Origin: Gemmatimonadales bacterium
Lineage (GTDB): Bacteria; Gemmatimonadota; Gemmatimonadetes; Gemmatimonadales; GWC2-71-9
Direction: 5' to 3'
Length of the DNA: 64,000 nucleotides
Assembly: GCA_036505055.1 (NCBI GenBank)
Contig: DASXUE010000049.1
Span: forward strand, 11,732-75,731
Made by a program: the position numbers and the translations under genes. The notes below the pieces were generated by a model that was not told the origin of the DNA, searched no databases, and worked only from the letters and a program-made list of their open reading frames with translations. This document shows, in pieces, positions 7,526-19,300 of this stretch (positions within the stretch are counted from its first letter, which is position 1; every line of letters starts with the position of its first letter).

Positions 7526-8827
7526 ATGCGCCTGGCCTTGCTGCTGTTTGCTGTCGCTGCGTCGCCGGTCGTCGCCCAATCCAGCCGCCTCGACGCCGAG
7601 GTCGACCGGCGGGCGGCCCTCGTAGACGGGAAGGTGGTGGCGTGGCGGCGCGACATTCACGCCCACCCGGAGCTGTCGAACCGGGAGGTGCGCACGGCTC
7701 AGGTCGTCGCCGACCATCTCCGCGCCCTGGGGCTCGAGGTACGGACGGGCGTAGCCCACACGGGCGTGGTCGGCGTGCTGCGCGGCGGGCGGCCGGCGGG
7801 AGGGGGGGGACCTGTTGTCGCGTTGCGTGCCGACATGGACGCGCTGCCCGTGACCGAGGAAGTCGACCTCCCGTTTGCCTCGAAGGTCCGCACGACGTAC
7901 AACGGCCAGGAGGTCGGCGTCATGCACGCCTGCGGGCACGACGCCCACGTGGCGATGCTCATGGGCGTGGCCGAGGTGCTGGCGGGGATGCGCCGCGACC
8001 TCCCGGGGACGGTGAAGTTCATTTTCCAGCCTGCCGAGGAGGGCGCCCCGGCCGGTGAGAGCGGCGGCGCGGAGATGATGATCGCGGAAGGCGCGCTCGA
8101 GGACCCGAAGCCGGGCGCCATCTTCGGGTTGCACGTGTTTCCCTACCCGGCCGGGCAAGTCCGCTATCGGGCGGGCGGCATCATGGCGGCCGCGGACGGC
8201 CTGCGGATCGTCGTGCACGGCCGTCAGACGCATGGCGCGCTGCCGTGGGCGGGGGTGGATCCCATCGTCGTGGCGGCGCAGATCGTCGTCGGGCTGCAGA
8301 CCATCGCGAGCCGGCAGGTGGACATCGCGGTGGCACCGGCGATCGTGACGATCGGCGCGATCCAGGGCGGCGTGCGCAACAACATCATCCCGGACAGCGT
8401 GGTGATGATCGGGACGATCCGCACGTTCGATCCCGCGGTGCAGCGCGACATTCACGATCGCGTGCGGCGGACCGCCGAATCGATCGCGCAGAGCGCGGGC
8501 GCGACCGCGCAGGTGACGATCGAGCCCGGGTACCCCGTCACGTTCAACGACCCGGCGCTCACGGAGCGGATGGTGCCGACGCTGCGACGCGTCGCCGGTG
8601 CGTCGAGCGTGTCGACAGCCGTGCCGCAGACGACTGCCGAGGATTTCTCCCGCTACGAGCAGAAGATTCCCGGGATGTTCTTCTTCCTCGGCATCACGCC
8701 ACCGGGCGCCGACCCGAAGACGGTGGCCCCGAATCACTCTCCTCGCTTTTTCGTGGATGAAGCGGCGCTCGGCGTGGGCGTCCGGGCCATGGCGCACTTG
8801 GCCGTCGACTACCTGAGCGGTCAGTGA
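7526..8827 (+). CDS. Secreted M20/M25/M40-family amidohydrolase (N-acyl-amino-acid / hippurate hydrolase type)
   Basis: Signal peptide. Motifs IHAHPELSNRE, ALRADMDALP, MHACGHDAHVAMLMG, FQPAEEG. Confidence 0.9.
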   Translation: MRLALLLFAVAASPVVAQSSRLDAEVDRRAALVDGKVVAWRRDIHAHPELSNREVRTAQVVADHLRALGLEVRTGVAHTGVVGVLRGGRPAGGGGPVVALRADMDALPVTEEVDLPFASKVRTTYNGQEVGVMHACGHDAHVAMLMGVAEVLAGMRRDLPGTVKFIFQPAEEGAPAGESGGAEMMIAEGALEDPKPGAIFGLHVFPYPAGQVRYRAGGIMAAADGLRIVVHGRQTHGALPWAGVDPIVVAAQIVVGLQTIASRQVDIAVAPAIVTIGAIQGGVRNNIIPDSVVMIGTIRTFDPAVQRDIHDRVRRTAESIAQSAGATAQVTIEPGYPVTFNDPALTERMVPTLRRVAGASSVSTAVPQTTAEDFSRYEQKIPGMFFFLGITPPGADPKTVAPNHSPRFFVDEAALGVGVRAMAHLAVDYLSGQ

Positions 8828-9201
8828 GCGCCGTTCGCCTCGACCGCTGGCTGTGGGCGGCCCGTTTTTTCAAGACGCGGGCGCTCGCGGCCGCGGCGGC
8901 CGCGGGTGGGAGAGTACAGGTGAACGGCGTGCGGGCGAAGCCCGCCAAGCCGCTGCACCTGGGTGATGCGGTGCGCGTGCGGGTCCCCCCCTACGAGTGG
9001 CTCGTCACCGTGCGTGCCGTCTCGGAGCGGCGCGGCCCGCCCAAGGTCGCGGTGACGTTGTACGAAGAAGCACCGGAAGGGCGCGCGGCCCGCGAACGAC
9101 TCGCCGAGCAGCTGAAAATGGCACCGGCCCCCGCCTACTCGGGCAGGGGCCGGCCCACCAAGAAGGAGCGCCGCGAGATCGAGCGGCTGGAGGAGTCCTA
9201 G
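8824..9201 (+). CDS. hslR: S4-domain RNA-binding heat-shock protein 15 (ribosome-associated)
   Basis: GTGA overlap with the upstream gene. S4 motif is RLDRWLWAARFFKTRALA...V.VNG. Basic C-terminal tail. Confidence 0.8.
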   Translation: MSAVRLDRWLWAARFFKTRALAAAAAAGGRVQVNGVRAKPAKPLHLGDAVRVRVPPYEWLVTVRAVSERRGPPKVAVTLYEEAPEGRAARERLAEQLKMAPAPAYSGRGRPTKKERREIERLEES

Positions 9202-10271
9202 CTCTTCACCAGGTGCACGTTCCCCGACCCCGTCTCGATCGACAGCCGCCCCCGCCCATCGCCGATCGTTCCCTCGACGTGGTCGCGCTGGATCCGCTGC
9301 ACCTGCAAGGTCAACCCGCCCAGATCGATGTCTCCGCTTCCCGTATCGAGCTCCACCTCGGCGCCGATCGTCGGCGGCACTTTGAGGGTCACATCCCCCG
9401 AGCCCGTCTCGATGGTCACGGTCCGGAACGTGGCGACGAGCGCCACGTCCACGTTGCCGCTCCCCGTCTCGAAGGAGAGGTTGTCACCTTGCGCGTCGGT
9501 GACCTCGACGTCGCCCGAGCCCGTCTGGATCGCCATCTCGGGGGCCGCGGCGCCCGTCACCGTGATGTTGCCCGATCCCGTCTCGACCTTGAGGCGCGCG
9601 CCGCGGACGTTAGCGGCGGTGATGTCGCCGGAGCCCGACTCGAGACTCACGTCGCCCGTGGCGTCACGCAGGTCGACGTTCCCCGACCCCGTCTCGATCT
9701 TCAGGACGCCCCGCGTGCGGTCGGCCGCGACGTCCGCCGACGCCACGTCGACCCAGATCTGCCCGTCGACGTTCGTCACAAATGCCTTTCCGACCCCCAA
9801 GTGCAGGGCGACCCGCTTGCCGGCGGGCACGAGGACGCGGAGGTCGGCGTAGGCTTCGAGGCCCTCGCCACGGCCGGTAATCCGTACGGTGCGTCCCCCC
9901 CCCTCGCCGCGCCACCCGCGGTGGTCGCCGCCATCGCCGAACGTGCCGTCGTCTCGCACGCGCATGGTTGTGTTCGAGCCGCGGCCCCAGGTGGGCACCG
10001 AGATCACGTCGGCGGGATAGATGACGCGCAGCGTCTCGCGGCCGCGCAGCACGCCGGTCTGGACCTCGAGCTGTTTGGCATCGGCCCCGCCAAGGCGGAG
10101 CTCGACGGCGACGTCGCCGCCCGAGCCTGCTTCGACCCGCAGCTCGCCGACCAGGTTGTAGACGGCGACGGAGTCGCCCTTCAGGACGTAGCGGGTCGCT
10201 TGTGCGGTTTGAGCGGATGCGTCGGCGGCGAGCGCAGCGCCGAGGTACAGGGGCAGCCAGCGTGTCGTCAT
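9198..10271 (-). CDS. Secreted DUF4097-family beta-helical repeat protein
   Basis: The internal ATG at 10271 gives signal peptide MTTRWLPLYLGAALAADASAQ. About 10 ETGSG(D/N)(I/V) repeats. Its stop overlaps the hslR stop in a shared CTAG. Confidence 0.7.
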   Translation of the reverse strand: MTTRWLPLYLGAALAADASAQTAQATRYVLKGDSVAVYNLVGELRVEAGSGGDVAVELRLGGADAKQLEVQTGVLRGRETLRVIYPADVISVPTWGRGSNTTMRVRDDGTFGDGGDHRGWRGEGGGRTVRITGRGEGLEAYADLRVLVPAGKRVALHLGVGKAFVTNVDGQIWVDVASADVAADRTRGVLKIETGSGNVDLRDATGDVSLESGSGDITAANVRGARLKVETGSGNITVTGAAAPEMAIQTGSGDVEVTDAQGDNLSFETGSGNVDVALVATFRTVTIETGSGDVTLKVPPTIGAEVELDTGSGDIDLGGLTLQVQRIQRDHVEGTIGDGRGRLSIETGSGNVHLVKS

Positions 10272-10353
10272 ACGAGTCTCCGAGAGGGCGTAGAGGCGAT
10301 ATGGCACCCTTGGTTGGATAGCGCAACGCGCGCCGGGGTTGCACCTTTGACCC

Positions 10354-10797
10354 ATGGAAGACTGGCTGCTCTGGTTCGTCGGCGCCGTCGTGCTGCTCGT
10401 CGCCGAGATGCTCGCCCCCGGCTTCTGGCTGGCCTGCCTGGCGGTTGGATGCGTGGCGGCCGGCCTGGTGGGCTTGCTGCCGTTCGCCGGGCTCGCGGTG
10501 CAAACCATTGCGTTCGCGGCCACCAGCCTGGGGAGCATGATCGGGCTACGGCCCCTCATGCTGCGGCACTTTCAGCTCGGCCCGGGCGGCGGCGTGCGGA
10601 CGGGGGTCGACGCACTGCTGGGGAAGCGCGGCGTGGTCCTGGAGCGGATCGACCCCGTGTCGCGGCAAGGCCGGGTCAAGGTCGAAGGGGAAGACTGGCG
10701 TGGGGCCTCGGTCGACGACTCCCCGATCGAGGTGGGCGCGCGGGTGACGGTGATTCAAGTCGACGGCACCACCCTGGTGGTCGAAAAGGAGAGTTGA
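10354..10797 (+). CDS. NfeD-family membrane protein
   Basis: Two N-terminal TM helices plus a C-terminal NfeD OB-fold (GKRGVVLERIDPVSRQGRVKVEGEDWRG...VTVIQVDGTTLVVE). It lies upstream of an SPFH gene. Confidence 0.85.
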   Translation: MEDWLLWFVGAVVLLVAEMLAPGFWLACLAVGCVAAGLVGLLPFAGLAVQTIAFAATSLGSMIGLRPLMLRHFQLGPGGGVRTGVDALLGKRGVVLERIDPVSRQGRVKVEGEDWRGASVDDSPIEVGARVTVIQVDGTTLVVEKES

Positions 10798-10800
10798 ACG

Positions 10801-11802
10801 ATGGGTCCCGGTCTCGTGTTGGTCGGAGCGATCGCGCTGCTCGTCGTGGTCACGATTGCCAAGGGCATTCGCATCGTGCAGCAAGCCCAAACGATGATCA
10901 TCGAGCGATTCGGGAGGTATCACAAAACCCTGTCGTCCGGGATCAACCTCATCATGCCGTGGATCGACCAGCCGCGCTCCATCGACTGGCACCAGACGCT
11001 CGTCACGCCGGCGGGTGACAGCTACTCGCGGCGCTTCCGAACCGAGAAGATCGACCTGCGCGAGACGGTGTACGTCTTCCCGCGCCAGAACGTGATCACG
11101 AAGGACAACGTGGTGGTCGAGATCGACGCGCTGATCTATTCCCAGATCACGGACCCGGTGCGCGCGACCTACGAGATCGCGAACCTCCCCGACGCCATCG
11201 AGAAGCTGACGCAGACGACATTGCGGAATGTGATCGGCGAGATGGAGCTCGACCACGTGCTCTCGTCGCGCGACACGATCAACGCGAAGCTGCGCGCGAT
11301 TCTGGATGAAGCCACGCACAAGTGGGGCTCCAAGGTCAGCCGCGTGGAGCTGAAGGACATCAACCCGCCGCGCGACATCCGCGACGCGATGGAAAAACAG
11401 ATGCGTGCCGAGCGGGAGCGCCGCGCGACGATCATCACCGCCGATGCCGAGCGACAGTCGCGCATTCTGGCAGCCGAGGGCATCCGGCAATCGGAGATCA
11501 ATACCGCCGAGGGCGACAAGCAGGCGAAGATCCTGCACGCGGAGGCCGAAGCCGCGGCCCGGCTCAAGGTCGCCGAGGCGGAGGCGCAGGCGATCGAGCG
11601 CATCACCGCGGCGATCAAGGGCACGGGCGGGGATCCCGCACAGTACCTGATCGCGATCCGCTACATCGAGACGCTGAAGGAGATGGTCTCGGGCCAGAAC
11701 AACAAAGTCATCTACATGCCCTACGAGGCGACCGGCGTGCTCGGGTCGCTCGGCGGCATTCGCGAGATGCTGACGCTGGGCCCGTCCGACAAGAAGGCGT
11801 GA
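10801..11802 (+). CDS. SPFH/Band 7 (stomatin-like) protein
   Basis: N-terminal TM helix, SPFH core and a long EA-rich coiled coil (AEAEAAARLKVAEAEAQAIERI). Confidence 0.9.
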   Translation: MGPGLVLVGAIALLVVVTIAKGIRIVQQAQTMIIERFGRYHKTLSSGINLIMPWIDQPRSIDWHQTLVTPAGDSYSRRFRTEKIDLRETVYVFPRQNVITKDNVVVEIDALIYSQITDPVRATYEIANLPDAIEKLTQTTLRNVIGEMELDHVLSSRDTINAKLRAILDEATHKWGSKVSRVELKDINPPRDIRDAMEKQMRAERERRATIITADAERQSRILAAEGIRQSEINTAEGDKQAKILHAEAEAAARLKVAEAEAQAIERITAAIKGTGGDPAQYLIAIRYIETLKEMVSGQNNKVIYMPYEATGVLGSLGGIREMLTLGPSDKKA

Positions 11803-12947
11803 ACCCCCTCACGCGACTCTCCGAAGAAGAGCAGATGTTTCAGGGCGCGGTCCGTGACTTCGCGGACCAGGAGGTGCGCCCCCGCGTACACGCCATGGAG
11901 CAGGCGGCACAGCTCGATCCCCAGCTGATTCCCAAGTTCTTCGAGCTCGGCCTCATGGGGATCGAGATCCCCGAGGCCTCGGGCGGCGCCGGCGGCAGCC
12001 TCTTCATGACCGTGCTCGCGGTCGAGGAGCTCTCCGCCGTCGACGCGTCCGCCGCGATCTTCGTCGACGTCCAAAACACCCTGGTCAACGCACTCATCCT
12101 CAAGTGGGCGACCGACGAGCTCAAGGGACGGTACCTGCCGCGCCTCGCCACCGACCTCGTCGGCGCGTACGCCCTGTCCGAGGCGGGCTCGGGCTCGGAC
12201 GCCTTCGGACTCGAGACCCGCGCCACGAAACACGGCGATCACTGGACGCTCGAGGGCCGCAAGTTGTGGATCACGAACGGCGCCGAGGCTCACCTCTTTC
12301 TTGTGTTTGCTAATGCAGAGCCAAGTAAGGGTTATAAAGGAATCACGGCGTTTGCCGTGGAGCGCGGCTTCAAGGGCTTCAGCGTCGGGAAGAAAGAAGA
12401 CAAGCTCGGCATCCGCGCCTCCTCGACGACCGAGCTCATTCTCGACCGTGTGGACGTGCCGGCCGCCAACGTGATTGGCGAGGTGGGCCAGGGCTATAAG
12501 GTGGCGATCGAGACGCTCAACACGGGGCGCATCGGGATCGGGGCGCAGATGATCGGCGTGGCGCGCGGGGCACTCGACGCGGCGCTCAAGTATGCCACCG
12601 AACGCCAGCAGTTCGGCAAGCCGATCGCGGATTTTCAGGCGGTACAGTTCCAGCTCGCCCAGGCCGCCACGGATCTCGAGGCGGCGCGGCTCCTGGTGTA
12701 CAACGCCGCCCGCCTCGAGGACGCCCACGAGTCGTACACGAAGGAGGCGGCGATGGCGAAGCTGTTCGCCTCCCAGGTGGCCGACCGCGTGACGTCGCTG
12801 TGCGTCGAGCTGTTCGGGGGGTACGGCTTCACGAAGGAGTATCCGGTGGAGAAGTTCTACCGCGACGCCAAGATCGGAACGATTTACGAGGGCACGAGTA
12901 ACATGCAGCTGAATACGATTGCCAAACTGCTCCTGAAACCTCGCTGA
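11799..12947 (+). CDS. Acyl-CoA dehydrogenase (short/branched-chain type)
   Basis: GTG overlaps the upstream stop. Motifs YALSEAGSGSDAFGLETRA, WITNG, KGITAF, YEGTSNMQLNTIAK. Confidence 0.9.
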   Translation: MNPLTRLSEEEQMFQGAVRDFADQEVRPRVHAMEQAAQLDPQLIPKFFELGLMGIEIPEASGGAGGSLFMTVLAVEELSAVDASAAIFVDVQNTLVNALILKWATDELKGRYLPRLATDLVGAYALSEAGSGSDAFGLETRATKHGDHWTLEGRKLWITNGAEAHLFLVFANAEPSKGYKGITAFAVERGFKGFSVGKKEDKLGIRASSTTELILDRVDVPAANVIGEVGQGYKVAIETLNTGRIGIGAQMIGVARGALDAALKYATERQQFGKPIADFQAVQFQLAQAATDLEAARLLVYNAARLEDAHESYTKEAAMAKLFASQVADRVTSLCVELFGGYGFTKEYPVEKFYRDAKIGTIYEGTSNMQLNTIAKLLLKPR

Positions 12948-12960
12948 AAGAGGAACCTAT

Positions 12961-13299
12961 ATGACACCGCGTTGGCGCTTGCTCGTCGCCGTGCTGGTGC
13001 TTGTTGTTCCGTCGCTGCTCTCCGCCCAAGGGAAGGGACCGAAGCGCGAGTTCGTCGTGGCCCCCGACCGCGCGATTACCGTCACGCGCGACGTGCTGGG
13101 CCGGCAGGGATTCGAGGTGGTGCGGATCGAGGTGGTCGGGAACGACCGCGTGATCTACTACCGCCGCGGCAACATGGGCCGGGGCAAGGGCAAGGGCCCG
13201 ATCGTCAAGATGATCGTGCGGCGTGTCGAGAACCGGATCGTGTTCCTCGATACCCCCGACGCGATCCTGGTGGATATCAACGTGCGGCTACGGTTGTAG
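12961..13299 (+). CDS. Small secreted hypothetical protein
   Basis: Signal peptide MTPRWRLLVAVLVLVVPSLLSAQ. No motif recognised. Confidence 0.5.
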   Translation: MTPRWRLLVAVLVLVVPSLLSAQGKGPKREFVVAPDRAITVTRDVLGRQGFEVVRIEVVGNDRVIYYRRGNMGRGKGKGPIVKMIVRRVENRIVFLDTPDAILVDINVRLRL

Positions 13300-13313
13300 C
13301 GCGCCACACCTGG

Positions 13314-16300
13314 CTACGGCGTGAAGTACTTCAACACCGTCAGCGCAGAGGCGTGCGGCACGTAGACCTTGCCCGTCTCCGGGTTGACGGTCGCACTCTG
13401 GGGGAAGTCGCTGAACGCGCCGACGATCACCGTCCGATAGGCGTTCGATGCCCCATCGATCTCGTGGACGATGTTGTTGCTCGCGTTCGCGACATACACC
13501 TTGTTCCGCTTCTCGTTGACGCTCATGCCCTGAGCCGAATTCGCGCCGATGAACACGTTCGTGAACACCGTATCCACGCCCGGCGTCGCATCGATCACCT
13601 TGACCTCACCACCGCTGCCCACGTACACGAGATTTGTCTGCGTGTTCACAGCGACGCCGCTCAGCGCAAACCCCACGTCGCCGAACGCGGCCTTGATCGT
13701 GAGGCCCGCGACATCGACGAACGCTAGAGTATCGGTCCGCAGCACGACGAAGGCGCGCTCCGTGAGCGGATTGAACGCCACCGCGCCCGGGGCCGATGCG
13801 CCACCACCGCTGAAGCGCACCGTATCGGTCTGCATGAGCGTGTTCGTCGCGCCGTCGATCGTCGAGAGGAACGGCAGGTCGCCCTCGGCCACGCGCAGCA
13901 GCGAGCCGACGTAGACGCGATTCCGCACGGTATCCACCGCAATCCCGCCGGTGTTCAGGCCGACCGAAATCGTCTGGACGATGCCGATCGGATCTCGCGT
14001 GCCGTCGAGCACCGTGACGGATCCGGCGGCGCTGTTGGACACGTAGATCATGCCGGTGACCGGGTTGACCGCCACGCTCGCCGGCGAAGAGCCGACGTCG
14101 ATGGTCTGGATCAGTTTGTCCGTGTCGCCGTCGAAGACCGACAGGTTATTGCTCGAGGTGTTGACGACGTACACGCGATTCCGCACGGGGTCGAGGGCCG
14201 AGCCCTGGGGGAACGCGCCGAGACCCGTCTCGTTCACGATGATCGGATTGTAGATGACGCCCGCGCCGAGTATAGTGTCGCCCTGCGCAGTCAGCGTGTA
14301 TGCCGTGATGACCGCCGCATCCCGCGGGTAGCTCGGATACGTGCTGTCGAGCCGGACCCGAATCGAGCTCGCGCTCGGATAATCGATGATCGTCAGGTAC
14401 TGACCGGCGGGCGCATCCTGACGCCAGCCGACGGCGCCGGGCATCGGCGTGCCGCCCTGATCGGTCGCGGACGCGGTGAACGTCACCGTGTCGCCGAGCC
14501 CCGCGCTCACGGTGTCCGGCGTGACGGCGATATTGGCGATCACCTGGTTCACCGTGATGGCCAGGGTGCCGCGGTCCGGCACCAACGGGGACCCGGACGT
14601 CTGCTGCGTCACGAGCGACGCCGTGCCGTTCGCATGCGCGGTCACCTCGACAAACTCACCCATCATGCCGCTTTGCGCATCGATGGTGACCGTTGTGTCC
14701 CCCGCCACCTCATTCGTCCAGTTGAAGTGATAGACGTCATTCGGGGGCAGGGGGCTCCCCGCAGAGTCGACGAGCTGCGCCTGGAACGTGCGCCGGCACA
14801 GGATGTTGTACGGCCCGACCGAGGGACAGAGCGAGCCGTACAGCGCGGTGTCCTGGGTAATGCGCACCCCCACCGGTGCGACGTTCATGTTGATCACGAT
14901 CGAGTCGACGAACGTGCCGCCCTCATACTCGGCCCGAATTTGCATGGTCGCGGGCAATGCGGCCGTCACCGTGAAGAACACCGAGTCGGCCTTCACGGAG
15001 TCGATGCTGCCGTAGAAGGGCGAGAACCAGCCCACGTTGTGGCACACGCCGCTGTTCGGCACGTCGGTGAAGCAGAAATCGGGGAAGCCGCTCGGGTGCG
15101 TCACGTTGCCGAGCGTATCACGCGCGTGCGTCACGAGCACACCGCGGCGCCCGCTGGACGTGAACGTGACCGAGTTGCTGTCCGCCGCCACCTGGCCCTG
15201 CGTTAGCGTATCCCCGAGTGGCCCTTCGAAGACGAGCTGGAAGTCGACCGCGCTCGTCGGGTCCGGTTGCAGGAACGCCGCCCACGTGACAGGCGAGCCG
15301 ATCAGGCCCGGCACCGTCGCCTGCACGAATTGCAGATTCGCCGCCGTTGACGTGAGCCACACGCCCCCAGCGCGTCCGCCGATGTCGCTGGGCACGCCGG
15401 GATCCTGGAACGCCCCGCTCGACACACCCCACTGGATCGTCGTCCCGGCCACGCCGCGTCCCTCGGCATCCAGCACGCGGACGCGAATCGAGTCGGGATC
15501 GCCCACGATGGCGTTGATCGCCGCCGTCAGGGCGGTGTCGGTCGCCGGCGTGAGCTGTGCCGCCGGGCCCACCGAGAAGTGCGGACCCGCGATCACATCG
15601 AAGCGGACCGGGCTGGCATCGAGCGCGGCACGGCCCAGGGAATCGTTGCCTTCAAACCCGGCGTACAGCGCCGCGGCGTCACCCCACCAGTTGCCGGTCG
15701 CGTCGAGCGAGTCGGACCCTCCGGTCGCGGTCTGGATGATCTGGCCGTTGTAGTGGTACAGGTCCGAGCCGTGAATCATGAGCGACAGCGGCGACGGGCT
15801 CCGGATCATCGGTGACAGCGCGTTCTGGTAGAACTGGCTGTTCTGGACCGTCAACGGGCTTCCCACCACCGAATCCACATCCAACGCCACGAGCGGCGAC
15901 GCCCGCACGGTGACGGCATCCAGGATCAAGCCGCTCGCCGACACGTTCGAGTACCGGATGGCGGCGAACAGAATCGGCAGGCAGTCGCCGCCGCAGGGGA
16001 TGGCCGATCCCGCCCGCTCGACGATGAGGTGCGAGACCCCGCCGGCCCCTGAGAGATTCGCGAACTCGAGGCCGCCCCAGAACAACCCGGTTGGCCCGGT
16101 GAACACAATGGGCGACCCGCTGGTCCCAACGGCATTCAGCGCCGAGGGGACGTCGCCGCCGATCTTGAGCCGTACGTTGAAGTCGAAGGTCACCGTGTCA
16201 CCGGGCAGCACGGACAGCACCGCGCCCGAGTCCACGGTGACGTTCTGCGTCACGCGCCACCGCGAGCCGAGCTGCGGCAGGGTATCGGAGACGGCGAGCG

Positions 16301-19300
16301 TCCCGCCGTGCAGCAGGAGCGTGTCCTTGTTGTTCCCCGTCAGGCTGTTCGTCAACAACCCGGGCAGCACGTCGGCCGGGATGTCGAGCGCGTACAGGTT
16401 CCCCGTGAGCGTGTTGCCGCTGATCTGGTCGGCCGGGTTGAAGCGGCGCACGCGTGCCACCAGGCCGACGCCGGCCGACTGGCGAATGAGGTTGTCCCGC
16501 ACCTGGAAGCCGAGCGGAGGCCCGCGCTTCACGACGATGCCGTGGAAGGCGCTCGAATCGCTCACGACCGAGTCGATCGCGAACGGCGCGGAGCCGATCG
16601 GCGCGTCGACCCACAGGTTCGCGTTCAGCGGCTCGAAGAACCCGATGACGATGACTTCCCGCCCCCCGCCGAACGAGGCCTGGTAGCCGCCGTGTACCAG
16701 CCGCAGGTGTCGCACGACGGGCGTGCCGCTCTGCGCGCCGAGGTAGAGGCCGCCCCAGCCGGGCCGACCCAGCCGGTTCCGCAGCACCACCGGGCTGGCG
16801 GCGGTGCCGAGCGATACGAGGTTCGCGCTCACGCCGCTCGAGTTCCCGGCCGAGTCCGCGAAGTCGCCGAGGCTCATGGAGGCGGCCGTATCGAAGGCCA
16901 TGACGACGCCGCTATCGAGCGTGAGGTTCACGCCCGTCGGTGACCAGACGTTCAGGTTCCCCGTGAAGAGGTACGGCGCGGCTTGGCGGAAGATCGTGAA
17001 GTTCGGCACGCCGAATCCCACGGTGCCCGAATCGACGACGATCGTGTCACCGAAGCCGCCCGCGCCGAATCCATTGCCCGCGATGGAGTCCTGGAGCCCG
17101 AATCCAGAGAGCTGACTGCCGAAGATGTGGACCCCGGCGACCGCGTTCCCGACGAAGCGGTTCCCCGTGGCGCCGACCAGATTCACGAAGCCGTTGCCGA
17201 TGAACAGGCCTTCCTGTCCGGAGCCGCGGATCGTCGTCGAGTCGAGGCGCAGGACGGGCGCGCCGGTCACGTACTCGGCGTGGATCCCCGAACCCGTGAC
17301 CGAGTCGATCTGGCTGCGGTGCATGTGCAGGCTGCCGGCGAAGTGATGCACGCCGGCGTGCACGCACTGCCGAATGTGCACGCTGTCGAGATCGACCCCC
17401 CCCGCCGGATCGACGAGCAGGATGCATGCTTCGTTGAACGGATTCGCGCGCGCGCCACCCGCGTACTCGATGTCGACGTTGCGCCAGATCTGCGGGCCGA
17501 TCGCCTTCTGCACTTCGAGCCCCTGCCAGAAGCCGGGGCCCGGAGTGGGGCTGTTCGCGGTGAGGTGAATGCTTCCCGGCGTGCCCAGCATCACGAGATC
17601 GCCGGCTTGGCCGAGCGTCGAGTCGCCCACCTGAAGGCCGGCGGCGGAGTCGAACTTGACCGTGGCGCCATCCGCGATCGTCAGGGTCGCCCCATTGAGG
17701 ATCCGGACGTAGGACGAGACGACGTGCGTCCCGGCGGCCGACCACGTTTCGTCGGCGGTGATGTCCGCGGCGTGGACCAAGAGGGGCGCAACCACGACGA
17801 GCTGCAGGCCGTTGGCCGTGACGACGGTGTCGAGCGCCAGCCCGCCGCCGACGAGCGGCAGGTTGAGAGCACCGAAGCCGCCGCTCCGCGACGCGAACGT
17901 CATCACTGTGAACGTGTCGCCCAGGGCCGGCGTGAAGCCGTTGATCAGCGAGACCTGCAGGGCTCCGCCCAGCGCGGCGCTGCCGCTGACGGCCAGCCGG
18001 TCGTACTGCGCACCCGGAGTCGTGCCGCCCAGCTCGATGTGGAGCGACTCGGTCGGGGACGCCGGATAGTTCCCGGTGATGCTCAGGATGCCGGGCCCGC
18101 CCAGGCCCGGACGCACGCTGCCGAAGTTGCTGAAGGCGACGGCATTGACGTTGAAGATGCCCAGGCCTTCGATCGTGCCGGTCGTGTCGTTCGCGAAGCT
18201 CGAACTGCCACCCGCGACGGTGAGGGTGCCGCTCGCCAGCGTGAGCGTGCCCGCGTTGCGGTGCGACGCCGACGTCTTGCTGAGCGTCAGGGCCTGTGCC
18301 GGCGCGACGGCCACGACCAGCGCGCCCCCCGCCTGGTTGTCGATCATCGCGTCGAGCTGTCGGCCGCCCGCGAAGCCCGTGTCGGCGAGGATCGTGGCAC
18401 CCGCCGCGTTCACCAAGACGCCCGTGGTGACGTCGAGGCCGGCGCCGTAGGCGGCGGTCGTGTCGGTCAGCACGATCGTACCGTTGTTCGTGAAGCCCGA
18501 GGCGGCGGTGAGGCGCGAGAAGCCCGTGATGCCGTTGCCGCGGACCCGAATGAGCGACGCCGGGAGCGTGGTGAACGATCCGCCCACGGCCGACGACCCT
18601 TCGACGAACAGGCTGCCGCCGTTCGTGAACGGCGCGTTGATCGTGGACGCCCGCATGAGGAGCGAGCTGCCGGTGTCGTTCGTCACGGCGCCCGGCCCGT
18701 TCACGGTCGCGTTGATCAGCGTCAGGCCGAGGGTGTCGTTCGTGAAGCTCGGCGTGAACGTGGCCACCACGCTGCTCTGCAGCGCCAGGTTGCCGCGCCC
18801 ACCGATCGTGCCGCTCGCGTAGTTGAACGTGCCGCCGCTCAACGCCAGCGTCTGGCCGGCGGCGATTGAGATCGTGCCCGTGGTGCTGAACGCGCCACCC
18901 GCCTGCGACAGCGTGAACCCGCCGCCCGACAGCGTCAGCGTGCCGGTGTGCACGAGGCTCGACACGCCCGACTGGTTGATGTTGAGCGCGCCGCTCGCCA
19001 CGACGATCGTCCCGGTGTTCGAGTCGGCGGCGGCGGCGTGCGCCACGGTCAGCGACTGTCCCGGAGCCACGTCGACCGTGATGGTGCCGCGGTTGTAGAA
19101 CTGCGCGTTGAGCTGGCGCGGCCCCGCGGCACCCTGCGACGCGTCGATCCCGGCACCCACGGCGTTGATGAGGACGCCGCTCGTCACGTCGAGCCCCGCG
19201 CCGTAGGCGGCGGTCGAGTCGGTCAGCTGGATCTGGCCGTTGTTCGTGAATCCGTTCGCGACGGTCAGCCGCGAGAGGCCGGTCGTGCCGTTCCCCTGAA

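Noticed and set aside
8997-11018. 673-aa plus-strand ORF spanning hslR, the DUF4097 gene and nfeD
   Set aside because: It crosses several well-supported genes in other frames or strands. Its composition is Arg/Gly/Ala/Pro-biased with no motifs.
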